A DNA stretch of 63,764 bases, the filler included, from Octopus bimaculoides (taxonomy: Eukaryota), in NCBI RefSeq assembly GCF_001194135.2. It is 3 parts of 3 records of this genome, joined end to end, with 100 filler letters (N's around TTAATTAATTAA, not from the genome) between each part and the next. Parts side by side here need not be neighbours in the genome. Positions count along the whole stretch, not along the records: positions 1 to 27,355 come from NC_068995.1; positions 27,456 to 50,640 come from NC_069004.1; 1 more part is not named here. The stretch is one strand, 5' to 3'. Each line of letters begins with the position of its first letter. Position 1 is the first letter of the stretch. Under the pieces are notes generated by a model, which saw only the letters and a list, made by a program, of their open reading frames with translations, did not search any database and had not been told where the DNA came from. Position numbers and translations under genes: made by a program. Positions 25,071 to 38,697 of the stretch are shown here, piece by piece.

Positions 25071-26524
25071 AAAGAGAATACTAGTGCTACTTAAATCAAG
25101 AAAATATCCTCTGACTTCCAGATCCAGTAAGTTAAAAGCAAAAAAACAAAAATCAAATTCTGCCAAAGTCAACTTTAACCTTCATTCTGGGGTCAATAAT
25201 TATCAGTATGGTACTAATGGTAGTTAATCTAATCAACTATCCCCTTAAAGAAATATTGTGGCCTTTTACCAATATTAGAAAGAATTGTAATTAAATTTAT
25301 TTTTATTATTGAGCTGGCAAAATCCTTACAGCATCGGAGAAAATGCTTGGCTGCATTTCATCCAGCTTTTTGTGTTCTTTGTTCAGTTCCCACTGGGATC
25401 TTCTTTGTCTTTCATCCCTCCAGGGTCAACGATGTCAACTAACACCCTTCATTTGAAATTGCTATCCTTGTACCTAAATTAGAGGCAGTTATTATTATTA
25501 AGCATTGATGTGTCACCAAACACTGGGTCTTTGGATTCATTTATACCAACTCTAGAAAAAAAAATATGCTACATTTATTCTCTTCTGGTCTTCCCCTGTT
25601 GGCAGTTGAAGCATGTGGATAAAAAGGATAGTTCAACTAAAATATGTGATCGAGATGTTCAAACTCGGTCTCAACCAGCCAAGTAGAAATTATGTATTTG
25701 ACTCGAAATAGTTGAAACAGATTATTAGTAAGATGGTAACTGAGTGATTGTACTGGAATTGGTAACCGAAGAATTTCAAGGTTTCTATTTTGGTCAGTGT
25801 TGTCTGAAGTCTTTCATCATTGTAGGCTCAGGAAAATAAGTAGCTGTAATGTATTGGAGTTTAAGGAGGGGGTCTTATTGATTGAAGCTTGGAGCAAGTT
25901 CCACTTTTTTTTTATTATTATTATATATATATATATATATATGTATAATATATCCAGGTTGAAGTCAATGCCAAGTGGAACTATTTCTTTGTGTGCGTGT
26001 GAGAGTGTTTTATCTATTGAAATTATTCTGATAACATTGTCTACATTGGAAAGAAGATAAACAAAGCTATTGAATGAAGAAGCTGTAGCTATGGACATCA
26101 AATTATCATCATCATCATCATCATACACTGTGCTGATACATCTTGTCTGTTTATATCTTTAACCTTATAAGGACATGCTTTAATGATAATGTGCTCTTAT
26201 GTGATATTGTTGATAATGATATATATATTTAACATTGTTTTTTTTTTCTTTTTTTTTTTTAAGAAAATAGCTCATATTTTTTAATCTATACATAAATTTA
26301 TTAATGAATGAGTTTAATGGCTTAAATATTATTTAATTTGATCTCTGTGACTAGATGTCATGGGGGTGGTTTATTTACCAATGTGTGTCCTTAAAAGTGT
26401 TAAAGTCGGAGTTTTAGTTAGACTTCAGTAAAATGAATTATCTGGAAGTTTACTAGCTCTAAAAGGAGCAAAAAAGTACAATCTTTTTTGTTTGTTTGTT
26501 TGTTTGTTTTAAATTTCTTGGAAC

Positions 26525-26568
<44 letters not shown>

Positions 26569-26685
26569 TTGCAATAATTCATTCAGTAACAGTTAATGAG
26601 GTTCCATTAAGTTTTATCCGTTATTCCGTTGAAGTGTCTGGTGACAGAAAGGACCACAACTTAGCAATTGGGTTTGCTGTGTTGT

Positions 26686-26998
26686 TGTTCACTGGTGAAC
26701 ATGCACAGTTAACCTTGTTGGTTAATATTAATGGCTCACTAGTGAACAGGAACAAAGGGTTTGTTGGCTTACAAGTATTGTTCACCAGTGAACACAATCA
26801 ATAGGGCTTGTTGATTAACAAAAGGCTTATTTGCTCATAAGTGTTGTTCCCTGAACACAAGCAGTTAGCTTTGTTGATTTTTCAATAATAGTTCACTTGA
26901 GAACATAAACTAAAGGCTTATTTGCTTCCATGTGTTGTTCACCGGTGAACACAATCAACTGGGCTTGTTGACCTACATGTATCGTTCACTAGTGGACA
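26686..26998. repeat. Tandem array, ~46-nt period, carrying the palindrome TGTTCACnnGTGAACA
   Basis: Core at 26686, 26733, 26779, 26845 (shortened), 26890, 26936 (perfect TGTTCACCGGTGAACA), 26983. Confidence 0.85.
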
Positions 26999-27355
26999 TA
27001 ATCAATTGGCCTTGTTGACTGTCAAGTTCTGGCAGTTAACATGAACGTTCAACTTTTTTTTTTTTTTACTCTGCCAAACATCGTGTAAATGATGTATTTC
27101 TGGTGTAATTAACAAAGAAAAGAATTAAAAAAAAAAAATTCCTGAAAAATTGATTTCTTCTTGAAATCGAACTTGAACCATTGTAAATTGTAAATATTGG
27201 ATATATTTGTTGTAAAAACAGAACAAAAGAACCCTTAAAAAAAAAACCTGACAAATTATAATTTGTCGGTTTACCTTTCATTGCTGTATTCAGTTCATTG
27301 TGTCATTTGATGGTCTAATTTTGTACTGTTTCTCTCTTGTTCTTTCTCTTCACAT

Positions 27356-27455
27356 NNNNNNNNNNNNNNNNNNNNNNNNNNNNNNNNNNNNNNNNNNNNT
27401 TAATTAATTAANNNNNNNNNNNNNNNNNNNNNNNNNNNNNNNNNNNNNNNNNNNN
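27356..27455. other. Artificial scaffold join: 44 N + TTAATTAATTAA + 44 N
   Basis: Exactly 100 nt; the 12-mer is palindromic and has stop codons in all six frames; an identical construct lies at 50641-50740. Confidence 0.95.
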
Positions 27456-30248
27456 ATATATATATATATATATATATATATAATGTATGTATGGGGATGG
27501 TTATAAATACGCAAATACATAAACGATGGACTTCTTTCAGCTTCTGTCTACCATATCTACTCACCATGTGGGTAAGAAGTAAACTTCTTACCACACAAAA
27601 TTGTAAGTACCTTGAAAGAAAAATTATAGGTATAATTTCAACCATTTCTTCATGTGTTTTTGTTCCAACATAAGCCTTTTGTGTTGAGGTGAGGAAATAC
27701 TATTTATGGTGTAATAAAACTCAGTCTTGAAACAAGAAATAAACTGGTGTCTTGTGTTGCCATTTAACTCTTTCCTTACCACTATCTTATCTTTCCGCTT
27801 TAGCTATTGGGAACGCAGAAAATAGGGTTTTATTTTCCCCATCTGATGTCCAGTTTGCCATATCGGGAGAGAAACCTAATTTCAAATCTTATGCATTCTC
27901 TAATGGATTCAATGGTTTTAGTTGGTGATATCGACATAGATGCGTTTTTCAAACTGGTACTTGTCAATACGACAAATTCATTTTTTTGCCTCAACGAGAC
28001 GTAATTGAATGCACCATTTAAAACCGGTAAGCATGATGAGCTTCCACGTCTCACACATGTGGATCGAAATCGGGGCTACGAGGATACAAAGCTAGTTTCT
28101 TAAATATCTTTGTCGGTAAAACCGCTTTAATTAAATTTTCATTTCAGACTAAAAAAAAAAAATGTTCATGCCTATCTCCCCTTACACCATTAATATAAAC
28201 TAAGTCAAAAGAGGGGAAACAACTCTGGGAAAAAGACAGCAAAATATTTTGGGTAAGAATTTTAGAACAGGTGAAGCTTGTTTTGTCCAAAGGCTTTCTC
28301 TTTAGGTTCTATTCCTATATTCACCTAGCTCACCATTTAGCGTGTTTGGTCTTTTCATTTTTCCTGTCATCACATTTCAGTCTTCATTTCCCTGTGTTGT
28401 AAAAAGTTTTTCTAGTGGTTTCTGTTCGTCTAAAGACTTGTTTCTTACTCTGGCTCAATAGGATTCTTCAACATTCGCCTAATGTGCCACACACTATAAT
28501 AGTAAGTCCTTTCTACTTGTTTGTTGATGTTTTCGATAACACCACTTTTAAGGATGGGTTCTGTACACACCTCCAGGACTCTTCCCCTCACTCTTATCAA
28601 GTCATTTATTTGATAACATTGTGTAACAACTTTATTTTAATTTTTGTGTTTGGTCAGTAAGTGGTCCTACTTGCTTTTATATATAAAAAAAAAAATGACA
28701 ATTCCCTTCAAACTTTGTTTTTGTGCTTTTGAAATTGACTTATTTCCCATTACATTTCAGACAGATTCAGTGCTGAGAAATAGCGTTATAGCAAATATTC
28801 TGCTCAATACCACAGATTTGCTTGGCCATAACTACTTCAGCATGTTCCTCAATGACTGGCACTATGTGCATCTCTCACCTTGAGCAGTAGTAATGGGGAA
28901 GCATCATAGAATGTTGAGAGGGATTCTTTGGGATTTGAATAAATGTAAGAAAAGCAAAGTTTGAAGGAAATATTAGCCATTTTTTAATACTTTCTAAGGG
29001 TAAATAAATAAGAAATAGCAGTTACTACTGAAAGACAAAATCTTGTCCCAGTGTAATATACCATAAATGATCTTACTGAAAGCAGCTTTAGCCTGTCTGG
29101 TCATTGGCTTAGCTTTCTCCAAAGATACATCTCTTATAATCCATTTGCTGGCTTACAGTATGAAGTTGGCTAGAATTTTCACTCCTTTCTACTGTAAACA
29201 ATTGAACTCTTCACCTGTAAGTGACAAGAGAAGTGGTGTTGTCACTTTCTAAGGTAGCAGTGGTTAGGGTGTTGAACTCATCATCATAAGGTCACTGAAT
29301 GGCACATTGGGTCCATGGGCAAGCTACTTCATGCTTCAGTCTACCCTATTGAAAATGAGACATATTTGCTACCAAATGGTGTCTCACAAGCTTTCAGCCC
29401 CAAATCTGTTTCACTAAAATTCTTCAAGGCAGTGTCCCAGCATGGCTGCAATCAAATGATTGAAACAAGTAGAAAATAAGATACAAACACATGTGTGTGC
29501 GTATATATATATATACACACACACACATGTATATCAAGATATACATAATTTATAACCTAGATACAATCTTTATCAACAGAGTTAATATATAGTTGCTTCT
29601 CCATAGAGTGAAAAAAAAAAAAAGAACCTCAAACAATTTTCAAATGTTGGATTCTCATCAGAAGGATCTACATCAATTTGACCTATTCTAAAGAGAGAAG
29701 CAGCAATCAATCTGTTTATATACTCAACAACCACAGTAGCTACAGAAAACTTGAGATATTAATTTGCACATCATAAGTGTTAACACCTTATTTCTAAATA
29801 TCAAAGGCCTATCAATGGGGATCTCAGTCCACAATCTCAAGTGGTTCTCCATGGTTTTTCAGTAATAAGGATTTAATTGTTTGGTCAACTGAATTCCCTA
29901 ACTCTGAATTCATGTGTAAGCAGATCAGCATTCCACAGCCACATGTACTTTTAAAGCAACTCTCAGGCAGAATCACTCTGTGACAGTGTGACAAGGCTTT
30001 GCCTTTGGAATTACAAGTACATTCCACCCGTATATGGAATTTCACTCACAAGTTATAGGTTGAACCTGACGCCATAGATGCTTCACAGTTGGATTAAAAC
30101 CAACCCCTTGTGCTAGTGAAGTGAACTTTTGGCCTGAGGCTATAGTTGAAGACACATGCCCAGGGTGCCATGCAGTGCGACTGAACCTGGAACCATGTGG
30201 TTGGGAAGGAAACTTTATACTACACAGCTATGCCTGCACTTATATATA

Positions 30249-30410
30249 CTTTTATTAAAGTTGTAAAAATCTTCACAGACTGATACTCAGAGTTTCACGT
30301 TACTGATTGTCTGACAGTTGTGATCAGATAGTATGATCACAACTGTCTATCAAACAGTAACGTCAAACTGTGTTAAGCATTTGTGAAAACTTTTGAAACT
30401 TTAATAAAAG
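30249..30410. repeat. Degenerate palindromic (foldback/MITE-like) element, ~78-bp arms
   Basis: cttttattaaagtt...cgttactg...gacagttgtgatca [gatagta] tgatcacaactgtc...cagtaacg...aactttaataaaag. Confidence 0.8.
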
Positions 30411-30505
30411 CACATTACTCTACCTTCGGCATTTGAGTACTGTTTCTTTTACCATCCTGTTTTGCATTTATGTGTTTACCGGTGTGCGTGTAAGTATATG
30501 TATGT

Positions 30506-30536
<31 letters not shown>

Positions 30537-30728
30537 GGATAGTTTGTACAAAGAAGAAAAATAGAACTCAATACATAATGTAGAGTAAATTAATTATAGA
30601 TACATCAGTAACTCAACAGCCTGGAGACCTGTGCCAGAGCACTGGTCAAACCCTTTGACAATTGTGCTGGCACAAAATTCTTGGGTCTCGAGTTACTGGT
30701 GTAGTTTCTATGTTATAAATTGGATATA

Positions 30729-31097
30729 GGCACAGGAGTGGCTGTGTGGTAAGAAGCTTACTTCCCAACCACATGGTTCCAGGTTCAGTCTCACTGTGTG
30801 GCACCTTGGGCAAGTAACTTCTACTATAGCCTCGGGAAAACTAAAGTTTTGTGAGTGGATTTGGTAGGCGGAAACTGAAAGAAGCCTGTCGCATATATAT
30901 ATACACATATATGTATTTGTTTGTTCTCCCACCATCGCGTGACAACTGATGTTGGTGTGTTTACATCTCCATAACTTAGCAGTTCGGCAAAAGAGACTGA
31001 TAGAATAATTACTAGGCTTACAAGAATTAGCCCTGGGGTCATTTTGTTCAACTAAAGGCGGTACTCCAGCATGGCCGCAGTCAAATGACTGAAAGAA
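30729..31097 (+). mobile_element. tRNA-derived SINE, family C copy
   Basis: Colinear with the 59317-59712 copy from head to tail. Confidence 0.8.
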
Positions 31098-34000
31098 TAT
31101 ATATATATATATATATATATAATTTCAAGAGAGTTACAGGTTGTGAATATGTATGTACCTATGGGTATGTTTGTAGGTAAATATATGTGTGTGTGTTTTG
31201 TCCCTCTGCCTCTACCTCTTCTCTTTCCATGTGGCCGGTGTTTGGCCAAGTCTGACCTTTCTTTCTTGGGCGGCTGTTGTGCGTGCACATCGTTATTCCT
31301 CCCTGTGCCTGTGAAATCTCGTAGCCCTGCCGTAAGGCTTTATTTGCACACACGCCAGCTTAATTTTATTCATCCTTAGTTGAAAGACATCTGTTGTTTT
31401 GTCCTGTTATTATTCCTACTGTATTTGTGTAACATTGTTCGTTTTTTTTTTTTGTCCTTGTTTTTGTATACATTCGTTGCTTTCTTCCAAGGAATCTAAT
31501 GCTCTTAGCTTAGTTTTTCTTTGGGGCTGGCCAGATTGGAGCAATATCGAGAATAGCCAGCCGAAATTGCAAGGATAATCTGGATCTCGACTGAAGAAAG
31601 AAAACTCCGAATGACTCGTCCTTGTTTTCCTTGTATCGTCTATCTGTATGTTTTGTCCCTTTCTTGTATCACTTAACTGTCTGGATGTTTCGTGTTCTTG
31701 TCCCATTCTGTATTATATATATATATATATTCCTCATGTATATACCTTTTCTTTCATACATAACTACAATAATCTTAAGATACATTGAATTTTTAAATTG
31801 CACTATTATTTCTCTTTTAATAACTTTCTCCTACCTCTGTTTATACTTTATCTAATAAGAATAATATAATACACCAAATAATAATGATTGATTCCTTTAT
31901 ATGCATATACATATTAATATATGTATATGTGTTTATGTATATATGTGTATATGTATAAGTGTATATGTGTATGTATTTGTATTTATAACTTAACCTTATG
32001 AACTTTCTAAACTCTCTGATGAAGCCCAGGGACACACCCAAGTCGCTTAATCTTATCTACTAAATACTTCAGTTCACTGAAAGGATAAAAGTAGAATGGG
32101 GTACTATGTTCTCTTGACTGAAACAGCTGTAAGACACTATCCTACCTTCTATGCTCTGTTATATATTTTAGTAATTACTGGTATTTTTATATTATATATG
32201 TAAAGCATAATATGTTATACATGTATGTATATTGTTATAATTGTCTTCTTTAAAAAATAAATAAATAGACATAATATAATGTCTAAAAGTTGATGAATGC
32301 CACCTCTTGATCCCCTCCATTTTCTTATTGCTATATATATGTATATATATATATGTGCATTACTATTATTGAATCTGCAAGAAATATTATAAACAAAAGT
32401 GTACTCGATACATATCATTTAGTAAATATATTTATTTTAATATAACTATTACATTATTATATATATATATATTTATATTTAATTCAAAATTAAAGCTTCC
32501 CTCTCTCACTACTCAGATTTTGCATTTCCAAATACGATGTCACTTAGTGGAAGGATGTTGCTGTGTGTTAAAGAGTTAAACAAGGCCATTGTATACACCT
32601 GCTGCCATCAAAACCAACCAATAGCAAGAAGCAGATCCGATGGAAGAAGACAATTGTGGTTCTCTGCTCTGGAATGGTTTCACAACCCAAATAACTGAGA
32701 CAAGAATTTAGCACCACGAGCTAAGAAAACATGCCATTTTCAGTGTTCCCACTGTTTACCATAGCAAGTTGTTTTTGTTGTGTGGTAGCTATTTGAAGCC
32801 ATACAGAGTGAACCACGTGAAAGCTAAGTATCTGATGTTGCTACAGGAGAGGTTGTGTATGTGTAAGGGTAGGAGAAAGGTCTGAATGTATTGAACATAC
32901 AACTGTATACAGATAGATTAGCATTCACCTTTTCTCATTCTTGCTTTTATTTATACACACACACACATATATATATATAGATACATATACATAGACATAC
33001 ATATATCACACATACACATAAACTCACACTTGCCAATTGCAGGGCTGCCACTGATTACCACAGTGAGTTATTCTTGCTATGTGGCACCTATTTACAGCCA
33101 AATAGACTGGGGCATCTCAGAGACAAGTGTTTTATATTCAACTTCCAGGCTGTTTATTATTTTGTTAAATGAGAGTGGGAAGTGCAGGGCCTGAAACCCT
33201 GTAGCTTCTTAGGACCTTCCTTTTATCCCACCAATCTTCTCAGGCAAGAGGAAAGGAAGACATTATCCTCAAAGCAGACCTCGTCCAAATATTTACAGCA
33301 TGCTATATTCTGCTAAAGATATCCAAGGATTGTTGAGGAGTGTTAAACTGGGCAACACATTAAAGAATTAAGAATGCAAAGACACAAATAAATACCACTA
33401 GGGATCTGCCAATCCACTTGACTGGTATTTCATTTTATGAATCTTCAAAAGAATTTTGACCCCAGCAGGATATGAATTCAGAGGACCAGAACAAATACCA
33501 CCAGGCATTTGTCCTACACCCAAATAAGTCAGTCAATTCATCATGTCAGTCACTCCCATGCAATATGGTCATCTGAATGTGTGTGTAACATGTAAATAAG
33601 AGCTGATGCTTCTATAGTGCTATGCTAACAAGTAACTGTATACTAAACACACAGCCTCTCTACACCACACCACAATATGTGTCAGCAAACCCAGCATGGG
33701 GAAATCTGTATTCCAACAGTATTTGTATAGTGTTTGACAAATAATAAAGCATTGTCTTTTTTTCCTTTGCTTTTAAAACTGACTAAATAAGGTCAGAAAA
33801 TATCAATTTCATTTTTTTTTTTATTAACATAATAGAATTAAAGAGAAGAGGAGTGAGGTGGGAGTAAAATATATGGATTTATTCTTTTGATAAGAACCAC
33901 TCAGTGTAAGGAGAGTGTCTGATTGTATGTGTATGTGTGTGTGTGTGTATATATATATATATGTAGCTGCTTGTGTCAGTGACTTGTGGGTTGCAAAAGC

Positions 34001-34908
34001 TGCTCCTTTGGTTGGGTGATTAAACCAAACCATTGGTGGAATTTGAACTCAGAATGCAAAGTGTTGGAACAGACGGCATTAAGCATTTGATTTGATGTCC
34101 AAAACACTCAGCCACTTTATTCTGTGTGTGTATATATATGCAGAGAAACAACTCTAGTTCTCTTTCTCATGTGTGTGTATGATAGCTATCATTACTGCTT
34201 ATAGAAATAAGCAAGAATTGCACGTTTCTACAAAAGTGGGTGTATAATTATGCAACTAATAATAAAATAATTGAAAATTAGCCAATGAATAAATTATGCA
34301 GTTCAGTTTATTATCATCATCATCATGATTATTAATGTTGTTGTTATTATTATTATTACAAAAATCATTATAAAATAAATAAATCAACATTGTTATAATC
34401 AACCCAGTTCGAATGATTTGAGTGTACTACATGAGTGAAACAAGATATTTAATATAATGTCCATTTCAATTTGTTCTGGACAGAGCGAATAGACTGAGGA
34501 TTAGAAGAACAAACTATAATCTGTGTGTGTGTGTGTGTGTGTGTGTGCATGAGTAGTTTCAAAACAGAATTTAACAAAGATTAAAAATGTTAAAAGAGTC
34601 TTTTGTCTGTAGGATGCAGAAGTGTAGGTGAAAGGGTTGGGGGAGGGGTGGGGGTTGAACCAGTAACAATTTAAATAAAAAAAAATGTAATAAATGTGTT
34701 ATATAAAGAAACAGAAATATGCCTGTTCACTTTCGTTTGTTTAATGTCCCCGCCACATCCCTTGATCATCAAATCTTATGCTGATAAGAAACAAAACAGA
34801 AATATTAAAAAAAAAAAAAAATCGAAGGCAATATAAATAAAAGACCATTTGAGAATCTGGTAGAGGTTTCTTGGGCCCTAGTTGTTGTTGTTGTAGTTGG
34901 AAGAAAAT

Positions 34909-34998
34909 TTATGTGAGTGCCGGTAGACCGGCCTTCTCACGGCACTTCTGAATTATGGCACGCAGCATGAATTGGTGCCGTGACAACTCACGGACTTG
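34909..34998 (-). CDS. TSG101: TSG101 terminal coding exon
   Basis: ttttcccacag|CAA GTC CGT...CTC ACA TAA; 90 nt; QVRELSRHQFMLRAIIQKCREKAGLPALT* (human HVRLLSRKQFQLRALMQKARKTAGLSDLY*). Confidence 0.97.
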   Translation of the reverse strand, partial: QVRELSRHQFMLRAIIQKCREKAGLPALT

Positions 34999-37900
34999 CT
35001 GTGGGAAAAGAACAGAAAAATAAAGATATCAGTAAAATTGAAGTTTTCAAATTCACAAATTAAATTCAATAAAAAGAAAAGAAAATGTATTATTATTACT
35101 GAGGTGGTGAACTGGTAGAATTGCTACCATACTGAATAAAATGCTGCCAAGGCCAACTTTACCTTCCCTTCTTTTGGGGGTTGATAAATTAAGTACCAGT
35201 TGAATAATGGGGTCGATGTGCAATTGACTAATTTCAGGCCTTGTGCCTATAGTAGAAAGGGTATTATTATATTATTATCATCAAGGTGGTGAGCTGGCAA
35301 AATGCGTAGCGGCATTCCATTTGTCTTTACATTCTGGGTTCAAATTCCCTTGGAGCCAAATTTTCCTTTCCTCCTTTCAGGGTTGATTATATAAGTACCA
35401 GTTGAGCATTGGAGTCAATTTAATCAACTTAGCTCCTCCCCCGAAATTGCTGGCCTTGTGCCAAAGTTTGAAACCATTATCATTATTAAAATATCAGTCA
35501 AGTATTGGGATTGATGGCTTTGTGCTTACATTAGAAACAATTCATCAATATCATTTAATGTCCGTTTTTCCATGCTGGCATGGGTTGGACAGTTTAACAG
35601 GAGCTGGCTAGACAGAGGACTGTGCCAAGTTCATCTGTTTGTTTTGGCATGGTTTTTACGGCTTGATGCCCTTCCTAATACTAACCACTTCAGATTGGAC
35701 TGGGTGCTTCTGTAAAAGGGTTGGTGTTAGGAAGGGCATCAAGCTATAAAACCCATACCAAAGCAGACAGTGGAGGTTGGCTTAGGCTCTTTGCATTCTG
35801 AGCTCAAATCCTGCTACAGTCAACTTTGCCTTTCATCCCTCTGAGAGTGATAAAATGAAATAGCAGTCAAATACTGGAATTGATGTAATTGATTAACCTC
35901 CACTCCAAAATGTCAGGCCTTCAGACAAAATGCTAAGCATTTTTTCCAGTTCTTTACATTCTGGGTTCTACCAAGGTCAACTTTGCCTTTCATCCTTTTA
36001 GGATTGATAAAATAAGCACCAATTGAACACTAGAGTCGATGTAACTGACTAACCTTTTCCCTTAAAACTGTTGGCTCTAGGACAAAATTCGAAACTACTA
36101 CTACTACTATTATTATTATTATTATAATAATAATAATAATTTTTGTTGTGGTGTTAAGAACATACAGCTCTGAGTCTCTCATAAGTTTTGATGTTAGATT
36201 TTAACTGTCAGGAATTTATGTCCAGAATTTTTGATTTATGTGACCAAAGTTCAGTTGGTCAATACTAGCAAAATATACTAATTTATAGAGATTTTTTACA
36301 GATAGTCTTACAAAATATAAAACATATTGAAAATTACTGGAACACAGGCAGTCCAGTCACTGGAAATATCATCATAACAGGTGGAAGTGAAAACATTGAG
36401 TAAAATTATTTTCCAAAAATCCTTTGTTCAGTATCTATTTTTCTCAACTTTATCCTACATTGCGAGAAGGTCAAAATAAGCAAAGTCATTGATAGCAAGA
36501 ATCAAAGAACCCCACTACTATTTCACAAAGTCCCTATATAAGACAGTAGGCAGTTTGCTGAAGATGTGGCTGGTGCACTGAATGTGTTACTTTATTCACT
36601 AATGTCATCTCTATTTTAAAGAGAGTCATGAGTTTTTTTAAGGGACATTATATTAAGCTGATTCGTGTGGGCCTTATTTAAAAAAAAAAAGCCACTTCAT
36701 TGGTTACATAACAACACAAAGTTCATCACTACTTCTTGTGGTCACTACCTTAAAGACAGGTTTTTCTTGAGAGAACATTTAGATGTTACGCAACAAAATG
36801 TAGATCTTGTTCTGTGTCTAATTTATATTTAAAACATATTGCTCTTATGGAAAGAAATAAACAAAACTGACAGCTCTACAGATCCTTTATGTTTCAATAA
36901 ACATTATTTCATTCAATTCATTAGAATATCTGGTGGTGGATTTAAGTTTTACAGTTTTTTAGACTTCAGTAAACTTTTTCTGCATTTTGACAGCTGCAAT
37001 GGGCTGTGTGGTAAGAAGTTTGTTTCCTAACCATGTGGTTCTGGGTTCAGTCCTAGTATACGACACCTTGGGTAAGTGTCCTCTATAGCCATGGGTCAGC
37101 CAAAGCCCAGTGAGTGGATTTAGTAGAAGGAAACTGAAAAAAGCTCAATGTATGTATGTATGTATGTAAGCATGCATGCATGTATATATATATATATATT
37201 TGTGCATGTGTATGTATTTTTATTTTGACACTGCATGCTAATTGCTTCATCAAAGCAGTGTCTCTCATTTCCAATATTCTGCAAGAACATGTCTGGTCAT
37301 GGGGGAAATATCTCCTTGTTTGGAAACAAACAAGGGTTAGCAACGGGAAGGGCATCCTACCTCATTAAACTCTGTCTGGCCTATGCAAACATAGAAAAGT
37401 GGATGTTAAAATGATGATGATGATAATTTTGGAGTTACAGGATTACATGGCTGCAGGCTTGGCTGGGTGGATATGGAGTTTACTTCATAACTGCATGGTT
37501 TCAAGTTCTATCTCAGAGAGTGTCGTCTACTATAGCCTTGAGATGATTAATACTCTGTGAGTGGAACTGATAGACGGAAACTTCATGGAAGCCTGCTCTG
37601 TGTGTGCATGTGAATGTTGACATTTCAAGGATTTGTTTGTCACTGTTAGAACAAAACAATAATGGGATATTTACATTCCCCGGTTACCTGCACATGTGAA
37701 AGCCAGTGGAATAAAAAATTGAACGAGGGATAAGAATTGACAACAGAAAGAGCAACCAACTCTAAAATGTTATCTCAAATAAATCTCCATCCAACCCATG
37801 CTAGCATAAGAAAATAGATGTAAAAATGAACAAAAAAGTTTCAATACAGTGAACAGTAAGGATATTTATTAGGAAGTATTTAATAGGTTATTGAAGAAAC

Positions 37901-38044
37901 AACAAAGCAAATCCCTTTCTGGGTCAGCCAGGAAGAGATGTCTTAGTCTTAGAGAAGTGTCTGCAGGATCAATTAAAGGAAAAAAAAAAGACTAACTAAT
38001 GCTTGTTTGGTGCTCCTTATGGCAAGGGTGAGCAGGTTACTTAC

Positions 38045-38147
38045 TTTGAGAAAGATATCAAGATCAATAACACTTCTTCGTAAAGCTTCTCCTAGATAAT
38101 AAATGGTATCTTCTATAGCTTGTTCTTTAGCAAACGCATTCAACAAT
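38045..38147 (-). CDS. TSG101: TSG101 coding exon, steadiness box / Vps23 core
   Basis: catttcag|A TTG TTG AAT...CTC AAA|gtaagt; 103 nt, phase 2-0; LLNAFAKEQAIEDTIYYLGEALRRSVIDLDIFLK. Confidence 0.97.
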
Positions 38148-38465
38148 CTGAAATGAAATAAACAAAATATATATGCAGTAAGGAAGGAGAGGAACAGTTG
38201 AGGGAAGGAGGAGGAGAGAGAGGAAAAGAGTGCGTGTGTGCATGTGTCTGCATAACTGCATGCATGTCTATATGAATATGCATGTTATGTGCAAAGCTAC
38301 AAAACTGTGTGCATACTTGTACAGGATGTGTGTACATATGTTTGTCTATGCCTGACGGTGCAAATTTCCCTACATGACAGTATTTCACCTTTCTTTAGCT
38401 ATACTCAAGAAGATTCACCCACCACAACAGAACTGAAATCCTAAAATTAAGGTGTCATATAAAAA

Positions 38466-38697
38466 GCATTGATGTGGATGCTGGTGCCACATAAAAAGCA
38501 CTGGTGATGGTGCCACGTAAAAAGTGCTGATGATGGTGCCAACACCTGTGAAAAGCCCAGCAGCTACGGGGAGTCTGGGGAAGCAAAGCACTGGTGATGG
38601 TGCCATGTAAAAAATACTGGTGATGGTGCCACATAAAAAGCACTGGTGATGGTGCCACGTAAAAAGCACTGGTGATGGTGCCACATGAAAAGCACCC
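38466..38697 (+). repeat. 26-nt tandem repeat (CACTGGTGATGGTGCCACATAAAAAG)n at the 5' side of a family B element
   Basis: About 7 units, interrupted once; shorter versions at about 5055-5150, 7722-7845, 16310-16365(-). Confidence 0.85.

Noticed and set aside
23903-26998. Repeat arrays as CRISPR-like loci
   Set aside because: Intron-rich eukaryotic context, no cas-like ORF, and inter-core sequences are mutually homologous rather than unique spacers.
31560-32050. CTGAAGA/CTGATGA motifs in a possible Penelope-like terminal region
   Set aside because: The GAAA core and helices are degenerate, and I cannot support either the ribozyme or the element class.
32599-32720. Minus-strand segment with AG/GT boundaries and one open frame, downstream of TSG101
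   Set aside because: No recognisable protein and no partner exons.
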